NCBI GenBank assembly: GCA_938030645.1
Contig: CALHHQ010000028.1
Location: 1 to 35,923, forward strand
DNA: 35,923 nt
Origin: an uncultured Rhizobiaceae group bacterium
GTDB lineage: Bacteria; Pseudomonadota; Alphaproteobacteria; Rhizobiales; Rhizobiaceae
Direction: 5' to 3'
Below the pieces are notes generated by a model. The model made no database searches. It saw nothing but the letters and a program-made list of their open reading frames with translations, and had not been told where the DNA came from. Numbering within the stretch: position 1 is the first letter of the stretch; each line of letters begins with the position of its first letter. Shown here piece after piece: positions 27,506 through 35,923 of the stretch. The position numbers were made by a program, and so were the translations under genes.

Positions 27506-29028
27506 TTCTTCTTACCCCCGAACGGCGAACCACCCAGGCCAGGAAGTTTTGGCATGCCACCCGGAAGACCACCGGGCAATCCGCCGCCACCCATTTTACG
27601 GGCCATATCTTCAAGTTGTTTCGGGTCCATGCCAGCCATATCCGGCATTCCGCCACCGCCCATGCCACCACCACCCAGGCCAGGCATACCCATGGCTGCA
27701 GCCATTTTGCCCATCATGCCCTTGCCACCTTTGCCAGACATTTTTTTCATCATGTCGGCCATTTGACGGTGCATTTTGAGCAGTTGATTAACTTCTTGAA
27801 CGGAGGACCCTGAACCCGCAGCCACGCGTTTTTTGCGGCTCGCGTTCAACAATTTAGGCGCTTTGCGTTCTTTACGCGTCATAGACGAAATAATTGCCTG
27901 CTGACGTTTGAAAACAGTGTCATCAATTCCTGCAGCTTCAATTTGCTTCGCCATTTTGCCAATGCCGGGCATCATTTTCATGATCGAACCCATGCCGCCC
28001 ATTTTGGACATCTGACCAAGCTGCTGCGAAAGATCGTCCATATCGAACAAACCTTTCTGCATCTTTGCAGCCATAGCTTGAGCTTGTTCAGCATCAATAT
28101 TTTCAGATGCCTTCTCAACCAACGATACGATATCGCCCATGCCGAGAATACGGTCTGCAATACGTTTGGGATAGAAATCCTCCAACGCATCCATCTTCTC
28201 GCCAACACCGAGAAGCTTGATCGGCTTGCCTGTTACAGCGCGCATTGAAAGTGCGGCACCACCACGTCCATCACCATCAATACGGGTGAGCACCAAACCT
28301 GTAATACCAACGCGATTGTCAAAGTTCTGAGCCAGATTAACAGCGTCTTGACCGGTCAGGGCATCAGCAACCAGAAGAATTTCGTGCGGGTTGGCAGCGG
28401 TTTTAATGTCCGCCATTTCCGCCATCAACGCTTCATCAATAGATGTGCGACCAGCGGTGTCCAGAATGACAACGTCAAAGCCACCAAGCTTTGCGGCCTG
28501 TGTGGCACGATTGGCGATCTGAACAGGTGACTGACCTTCGATGATCGGAAGCGTTTCAGTTTCGGTTTGTTCGCCCAATTGGCGCAATTGCTCTTGGGCC
28601 GCTGGGCGACGCACGTCCAAAGAAGCCAACAGAACTTTCTTGTTCTGCCTTTCCTTGAGACGTTTAGCGAGCTTACCCGTCGTTGTGGTTTTACCAGATC
28701 CTTGAAGGCCAACCATCATAATGGCCACAGGCGCAGGCGCATTCAGATCAATCTGAACATCTTCTTCGCCCAACATGTTGACCAATTCGTCATGGACGAT
28801 TTTGACAACCATTTGGCCAGGCGTGACGGATTTGACGACTTCCGCACCAACCGCTTTTTCGCGAACCGCTTCTGTGAACGAGCGCACAACATCAAGAGCC
28901 ACATCCGCTTCAATCAACGCACGACGCACTTCACGCAAGGCGGTGGACACATCCTTATCGGAAAGCGCACCGCGACGGGTTAGGCCGTCGAAAATACCGC
29001 TCAATCTATCCGAAAGTGATTCAAACAT
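27502..29028 (-). CDS. ffh: Signal recognition particle protein Ffh
   Basis: MFESLSDRL, GLQGSGKTTT, DTAGR, DGDGRGGAALS, Met-rich M domain. Confidence 0.98.
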   Translation of the reverse strand: MFESLSDRLSGIFDGLTRRGALSDKDVSTALREVRRALIEADVALDVVRSFTEAVREKAVGAEVVKSVTPGQMVVKIVHDELVNMLGEEDVQIDLNAPAPVAIMMVGLQGSGKTTTTGKLAKRLKERQNKKVLLASLDVRRPAAQEQLRQLGEQTETETLPIIEGQSPVQIANRATQAAKLGGFDVVILDTAGRTSIDEALMAEMADIKTAANPHEILLVADALTGQDAVNLAQNFDNRVGITGLVLTRIDGDGRGGAALSMRAVTGKPIKLLGVGEKMDALEDFYPKRIADRILGMGDIVSLVEKASENIDAEQAQAMAAKMQKGLFDMDDLSQQLGQMSKMGGMGSIMKMMPGIGKMAKQIEAAGIDDTVFKRQQAIISSMTRKERKAPKLLNASRKKRVAAGSGSSVQEVNQLLKMHRQMADMMKKMSGKGGKGMMGKMAAAMGMPGLGGGGMGGGGMPDMAGMDPKQLEDMARKMGGGGLPGGLPGGMPKLPGLGGSPFGGKKK

Positions 29029-29087
29029 GGTTCATTCCGTTGTCTTCAGGTTGCAAAAGCACCCCAAAGGTAGTGACTAATTGCAGC

Positions 29088-29197
29088 CAAAACCATACGC
29101 AAAAAGCACCCGTGGGCGTATAACGCTGACGGGTGGTGACCTCCGGAGGCTGTATGATGACAGGGGCCGGTCGGTTGCTCTTCGACAAATGGTTTTG
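29088..29197 (-). ncRNA. Structured ffh 5' leader RNA
   Basis: Hairpin CACCCGU-CA-GCG-UUAUA-CGC-CC-ACGGGUG followed by CUUUUU (29101-29136), enclosed by a 9-bp long-range stem. Resembles the alphaproteobacterial ffh leader family from memory. Confidence 0.6.
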
Positions 29198-29209
29198 TCT
29201 GATGAGCGG

Positions 29210-29238
29210 CATAAAGCCGTTTTACCGGCAAGAGTCAA
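29210..29238 (-). promoter_or_regulatory. sigma70-type promoter of ffh
   Basis: Minus strand TTGACT-N17-TTTATG just upstream of the leader. Confidence 0.5.
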
Positions 29239-29379
29239 GCGAACTCAGGCTTTTGGGATGATCATCACGTTTTGGCGACTTTACGAAAACGCCACACAAT
29301 GTGCCAAATCTCACTGCTAAACAGCACCAAGAAATCTAAAACTGCGATTCGGGGCATATCGCAAGTCAGGAGTGGGACC

Positions 29380-29565
29380 ATGTGGTTCATTGAAAATGAA
29401 AAACGTGCCCGTAAATCTGAGGGCATAAAGGATGCAGCGGCAAATGAAAGCTCGGCAGAGGAACAGACCAGTGCTCCTCTGCAAAGCAGCTTAGATAATT
29501 TGCTCGACCGCCGCATAGAACATCACAGCTATCGATTTTCCAAATCAAATGCCTATCCGTATTAA
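29380..29565 (+). CDS. Hypothetical 61-aa protein
   Basis: AGGAG 7 nt upstream of ATG 29380, fills an otherwise empty intergenic gap, no recognisable domain. Confidence 0.5.
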   Translation: MWFIENEKRARKSEGIKDAAANESSAEEQTSAPLQSSLDNLLDRRIEHHSYRFSKSNAYPY

Positions 29566-29654
29566 GCGACGTTTTGTTGGATACCACAGCTTCTTTTGAC
29601 GCACCCTGCACTCGCCGCTTGACTTGAATCCCGAGTCGCGACACGACTTCCGTT

Positions 29655-30746
29655 ATGAAACGCAGAAAATTTCTCAAAATCCTTGCTCTTTTGGGGCTAG
29701 GCGGAACCGCCGTTGCAACGGGAACAATCACCATCGCAAAATCTCGAAATCCATATTATTCTGGCCCTGAAAGCGATCACTTTGACGGCCTAAATTTTTT
29801 CAATCCGGGCGGTCATCCGCCAAAAAGCATTGTAGAATTCTTTAGAACGCGCTTTACAAGTCCTTCCAAAAAATGGCCGGACAAGTACCCCTCACCCTTC
29901 AAAGACGAACCGCCTCAACGGGTTGAAGGCGATGCATTGCGTGTCAGTTTTGTTGGCCACGCCACAGTACTCATTCAAACTGCGGGATTGAACATTCTCA
30001 CCGATCCTGTTTGGGCTGAACGTTGTTCGCCCGTCAGTTTTGCTGGACCGAAACGCGTGAATGCGCCGGGAATTGATTTCGAAAAACTGCCTCCTATCGA
30101 TGTGGTTCTTCTATCGCACAACCATTATGACCATCTGGATTTGGAGGCTATTTCAAATCTCCATAAAAAGTTCAAACCGCTCATTGTCACGCCCCTTGGA
30201 AATGACCGCATATTGAAAAACCACGATGCTAATCTGCGCGTAGCTGTGGGAGACTGGAGCGATACGGTTGAATTGTCGCCAGATGTAAAAGCCACATTTG
30301 AACCCATGCACCATTGGTCTGCACGCGGCATGGGCGACCGACGAAATGCTCTTTGGGCAGCATTTGCACTGCAAACACCCTACGGCAACATATACCATGT
30401 GGGTGACACAGGTTTTCATGATGGCAAAAACTACGAAGCAGCAAAGGCCAAATATGGCGGTTTTCGCTTGGCCATTTTGCCTTTTGGTGCCTATGAGCCT
30501 CGGCAGTTTATGCAGCATCAGCATCAAAACCCTGATGAGGCTGTGATGGGTCACAAAATCTGTGGTGCGGAATTCACGCTTGGCCACCATTGGGGTACGT
30601 TTAAATTGACCAATGAAGGCATTGAAGACCAGCTGGCGCATCTGGAAGAAGCTCGGTTAAAGCACAATGTCGGCGAAGACATATTTAGAGCGCTTCAACC
30701 CGGTGAGGTTTGGCATGTGCCATTGAAAGCACCCATTAAGGTTTAG
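29655..30746 (+). CDS. MBL-fold metallo-hydrolase (NAPE-PLD/RomA-like) with twin-arginine signal
   Basis: KRRKFLK followed by an h-region, GHAT, LTDPVW, SHNHYDHLD, HHWSAR, GDTG, HWGTF. Confidence 0.9.
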   Translation: MKRRKFLKILALLGLGGTAVATGTITIAKSRNPYYSGPESDHFDGLNFFNPGGHPPKSIVEFFRTRFTSPSKKWPDKYPSPFKDEPPQRVEGDALRVSFVGHATVLIQTAGLNILTDPVWAERCSPVSFAGPKRVNAPGIDFEKLPPIDVVLLSHNHYDHLDLEAISNLHKKFKPLIVTPLGNDRILKNHDANLRVAVGDWSDTVELSPDVKATFEPMHHWSARGMGDRRNALWAAFALQTPYGNIYHVGDTGFHDGKNYEAAKAKYGGFRLAILPFGAYEPRQFMQHQHQNPDEAVMGHKICGAEFTLGHHWGTFKLTNEGIEDQLAHLEEARLKHNVGEDIFRALQPGEVWHVPLKAPIKV

Positions 30747-30756
30747 AGATAGTCAT

Positions 30757-31383
30757 ATGAGTCAGACCGATTATCAAAAAGAACAAATTCGCCAATGGAG
30801 TCGGACCGATGTTCCCACCGGTCATCTGCCCGTTCACAAATGGTATTTGCGCATTGATGATCCCTCACAGGTTGAGGTGAAACAACCACCCCATGAAGCC
30901 GTCTCTATCATCCGTGCGCAGAATCCAACAATTGAGTTCTATCGATTTCTTTATAATAGCGCTGGCGAAGAGTTTTTGTGGGGCGATCGTCGTCGCATTA
31001 GTGATGAAGAATTGCTGCCGCTCATCACTCCAGAAACAATTCACCTCATGGTGCTCTACGAATACGGGACACCTGCAGGTTTTTTTGAGTTAGACGTAGA
31101 GAGCGAGACAGAAAGCGAAATAAAATATTTCGCGATGCTGCCCGGTTTCTTGGGCCGAGGCTTGGGTGGTTATCTTCTCAGCAGCGCTATCCGTTACTCA
31201 GCAGAGTTGCGCAAGCTTCCTCTCATATTGGACACGTGCAGTCTCGACCATGAAAGCGCCTTGGAAAATTACAGAAAGCGCGGGTTCAAAGTCTATAATG
31301 AAAGAGATTTCACAGATCCCGACCCTCGTTTGGACGGGACAATTCGCGCCGATGCTGGAAAGCACGTTCCTCTGGCAAAATAA
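30757..31383 (+). CDS. GNAT N-acetyltransferase
   Basis: [39 protein letters not shown]. Confidence 0.88.
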   Translation: MSQTDYQKEQIRQWSRTDVPTGHLPVHKWYLRIDDPSQVEVKQPPHEAVSIIRAQNPTIEFYRFLYNSAGEEFLWGDRRRISDEELLPLITPETIHLMVLYEYGTPAGFFELDVESETESEIKYFAMLPGFLGRGLGGYLLSSAIRYSAELRKLPLILDTCSLDHESALENYRKRGFKVYNERDFTDPDPRLDGTIRADAGKHVPLAK

Positions 31384-31445
31384 CCGTTAACGCCAGTGAG
31401 CACGAACATCTGGTAATTTCACCCGACCTCCGCCATATAAGCGCC

Positions 31446-32312
31446 ATGAACACGATGGTTTCCTTTGCGAAAATGAATGGCCTCGGCAACAAGATCATTG
31501 TTGCAGATATGCGCGCGCGCACTGACAGAATAACACCATCTGCTGCGATTGCCTTGGCCAGCGATCCTGAAACCCATTTTGATCAATTGATGGCTGTTCA
31601 TGCGCCGGGCAAAATTGGAAAAGATGCGGTGATCGAAATTTTCAATTCTGATGGTACGTTGGCTGGCGCTTGCGGCAACGGCACGCGCTGCGTTGTGAAC
31701 TGGTTAGACGAACCTGAAAACGGTGATTATTTTTCTTTCGAAGTGAACGGCCAACCGCTGAAAGCATTAAAACTGAAAGATGGTCGCGTGACCGTCAATA
31801 TGGGTGTGCCGCGGTTTGAATGGGATCAAATTCCGTTAGAAGACGAATTTGCAGACACACGCGGTATTGAATTGGAAGTTGGACCACTTGGTGCACCAAT
31901 TTTGCACACGCCGTCCGCTGCCAATATCGGGAATCCTCACATCACGTTTTGGGCCGACAAAGACGTGAATTCATATGCACTCGATAAATTTGGCCCAATG
32001 TTGGAACATCATATGTTGTTTCCAGATCGCATGAACATCACGATTGCGCAGGTGACAGGCGAAAACGAATTGACCATGCGCACGTGGGAGCGTGGTGCTG
32101 GATTGACTGAGGCTTGTGGCTCTGCGGCATGCGCGGCTGCAGTCAACGCTGCACGCACAGGCCGAACAGGACGCAAAGTCATCACCCATTTGCCCGGTGG
32201 GCAGCTGGATATTGAATGGCGAGCTGACAATTTTATTTTGATGACTGGCCCAACCGAACACGAATTTAACGGCATGTTTGACCCTACCACTGGTGCGTGG
32301 GAACGAGCATGA
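31446..32312 (+). CDS. dapF: Diaminopimelate epimerase
   Basis: [32 protein letters not shown]. Confidence 0.96.
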   Translation: MNTMVSFAKMNGLGNKIIVADMRARTDRITPSAAIALASDPETHFDQLMAVHAPGKIGKDAVIEIFNSDGTLAGACGNGTRCVVNWLDEPENGDYFSFEVNGQPLKALKLKDGRVTVNMGVPRFEWDQIPLEDEFADTRGIELEVGPLGAPILHTPSAANIGNPHITFWADKDVNSYALDKFGPMLEHHMLFPDRMNITIAQVTGENELTMRTWERGAGLTEACGSAACAAAVNAARTGRTGRKVITHLPGGQLDIEWRADNFILMTGPTEHEFNGMFDPTTGAWERA

Positions 32313-33601
32313 TGAGCAAGCTCGATGTCCTTACCTTTGGCTGCCGTCTCAACACCTATGAGAGCGAAGTCATGCGCCGCGAAGCCACTGAGGCAGGCTT
32401 ACCTGATCTGGATGGTGGCGCCGTCATCGTCAACACATGCGCGGTCACAAGCAAAGCCGTAACCGATGCAAAGCGCGCCATACGCAAGGCCCGTCGTGAA
32501 AATCCTCGAGCCCTCATCATTGTCTCAGGCTGTGCCGCCCAAACTGAACCAGACACATTTGCATTGATGGACGAAGTTGACTTAGTTCTCGGCAATGAGG
32601 AAAAACTTCACGCGCATTCTTACAGGCAATTGCCGGAATTTGGTGTGAACCAATTTGAGAAAGTCCGCGTCAACGACATCATGTCCGTGAAAGAAACAGC
32701 CTCCCACATGGTGGAAGCCATTGAAGGCCGCACACGCGCATTCGTGCAAGTGCAAAACGGTTGTGACCATCGTTGCACATTTTGCATTATCCCCTACGGA
32801 CGCGGAAATTCCCGTTCAGTTCCAGCGGGCGAAGTTGTCAGTCAAATCCAACAGCTTTGCGACAACGGGTATCGCGAAGTTGTGCTGACGGGAGTCGATC
32901 TCACTTCGTGGGGTGGCGACTTGCCAGCAACCCCGTCACTTGGTCGTCTGGTTCAATCCATTTTGAAAAAAGTGAGTGGACTGGAACGCCTACGCCTTTC
33001 TTCCATCGATTCCATTGAAGTCGATGAACCTTTGATGGAAGCAATCGCTGGCGATCATCGTTTGATGCCCCATTTGCATCTTTCGCTTCAGTCTGGCGAC
33101 AACATGATTCTGAAACGCATGAAACGTCGTCATTTGCGTGAAGATACAATTCGTTTTTGCAACGATGTTCGTGATGCACGACCTGATTTGGTTTTTGGTG
33201 CTGATATTATCGCGGGCTTCCCCACAGAAACAGAAGACATGTTTCAAAACTCTCTTTCAATCGTAGAGGAAGCGGGACTGACCCATTTACATGTGTTTCC
33301 ATATTCCGCACGCCAAGGCACGCCCGCAGCACGCATGCCCCAATTGGACAGATCTATTGTCATAGAGCGCGCCAAACGTTTGCGGGTTCTGGGTCAAAAC
33401 CGTCTCGAACAATTCCTCGACAGTCGCATTGGCAAAAATGTCGATGTGTTGATGGAGCGCGATGGACTTGGGCGCACGGTTCAGTTCACACCTGTAAGTG
33501 TTGATAAAGCGGAAGCCGGAAAACTGGTGACACTTCAAATCACGGGCCATGATGGTACAAGACTGACGGGAACTGTGCTTGATCAAAGCAAAGCGGCTTA
33601 G
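32309..33601 (+). CDS. mtaB: tRNA t6A37 methylthiotransferase MtaB
   Basis: [45 protein letters not shown] overlap with dapF. Confidence 0.93.
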   Translation: MMSKLDVLTFGCRLNTYESEVMRREATEAGLPDLDGGAVIVNTCAVTSKAVTDAKRAIRKARRENPRALIIVSGCAAQTEPDTFALMDEVDLVLGNEEKLHAHSYRQLPEFGVNQFEKVRVNDIMSVKETASHMVEAIEGRTRAFVQVQNGCDHRCTFCIIPYGRGNSRSVPAGEVVSQIQQLCDNGYREVVLTGVDLTSWGGDLPATPSLGRLVQSILKKVSGLERLRLSSIDSIEVDEPLMEAIAGDHRLMPHLHLSLQSGDNMILKRMKRRHLREDTIRFCNDVRDARPDLVFGADIIAGFPTETEDMFQNSLSIVEEAGLTHLHVFPYSARQGTPAARMPQLDRSIVIERAKRLRVLGQNRLEQFLDSRIGKNVDVLMERDGLGRTVQFTPVSVDKAEAGKLVTLQITGHDGTRLTGTVLDQSKAA

Positions 33602-33609
33602 GAAAAATC

Positions 33610-35328
<1,719 letters not shown>

Positions 35329-35336
35329 CCGATTTC

Positions 35337-35923
35337 ATGAAACTCATCGCATCCAACATCTCTGTCATGCGCGGTGAAGATCTCATCATCGAAAATGTCT
35401 CATTTGAAGTTGGTAACAATGAAGCGTTGATGATCCGCGGCGCCAATGGCTCGGGCAAATCTACACTTCTACGCGCCATAGCAGGCTTGTTGCCGCTGGA
35501 GGCTGGATCGCTTTCCATCGAAGACAAAGACAACGAATTTCGCGGCGCAAAACCAACAGAACTTTGTCATTATCTCGGCCATGAAAATGCGATGAAGCCT
35601 GCCATGACTGTGGGTGAAAACCTGAAATTTTGGCAAGAATTCGCCGGTCAACCTCATTTGGAAATAGATGAAGCCATGGACATGGTTGGCCTTGACGGTT
35701 TGCAAGATGTGCCATTCGCGCACTTGTCCACGGGTCAACGTCGTCGCATTTCAATTGCAAGACTGCTTGTCAGCTATCGTCCCATTTGGTTGCTGGATGA
35801 ACCAACCGCAGGACTGGACGCAAGCTCTGAGAAACAATTTGCAGATCTGATGAAAGCTCACCTCGACGATGATGGCATGATCATTGCGGCCACCCACATT
35901 CCGCTTGGTTTGGAAAACGCAAA
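35337..35923 (+). CDS. ccmA: Heme ABC exporter ATP-binding protein CcmA (3' end outside the window)
   Basis: Not in ORF track. Manual translation: MKLIASNISVMRG, GANGSGKSTLLRAIAGLL, HYLGHENAMK, TVGENLKFW, LSTGQRRR, WLLDEPT, ATH. Confidence 0.92.
   Translation, partial: MKLIASNISVMRGEDLIIENVSFEVGNNEALMIRGANGSGKSTLLRAIAGLLPLEAGSLSIEDKDNEFRGAKPTELCHYLGHENAMKPAMTVGENLKFWQEFAGQPHLEIDEAMDMVGLDGLQDVPFAHLSTGQRRRISIARLLVSYRPIWLLDEPTAGLDASSEKQFADLMKAHLDDDGMIIAATHIPLGLENA

Noticed and set aside
27337-27813. Pro-rich and His-rich ORFs antisense to ffh
   Set aside because: Shadows of the Gly/Met-rich Ffh C-terminus.
32309-33601. Second radical SAM gene as part of the UdgX system
   Set aside because: It is the housekeeping tRNA methylthiotransferase MtaB in its usual dapF-mtaB-ftsY context, 16 kb away.

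Overview
Mostly core chromosome of an alphaproteobacterium, most consistent with Hyphomicrobiales/Rhizobiales by gene order and promoter motifs. In order: lolA (partial), ftsK, two ammonium transporters with glnK (each unit behind its own sigma54-like promoter and NtrC-like sites), tesB, a UbiH-family hydroxylase, a class III nucleotide cyclase plus beta-carbonic anhydrase trailing cnoX-LON(N)-Trm112, a YbaK/ProX editing protein and tRNA-Gly(GCC). Next come a two-gene DNA-processing operon, leuD, about 6 kb of accessory metabolic genes, leuC, a diguanylate cyclase, ffh-GNAT-chorismate mutase-rpsP-rimM, a Tat-exported metallo-hydrolase, a GNAT, and dapF-mtaB-ftsY-ccmA (partial). The best candidate for an uncharacterised system is the operon at 13377-16100: a radical SAM/helix-hairpin-helix protein ending in an exact beta-clamp-binding motif (QLSLF), and a DUF4130-UdgX fusion with the covalent-capture KRRIH loop intact, preceded by a near-consensus alphaproteobacterial LexA box. 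The families are already catalogued, but I know of no assigned function. No CRISPR array, integrase or transposase was seen. All calls rest on motif recognition by eye; no searches were run.
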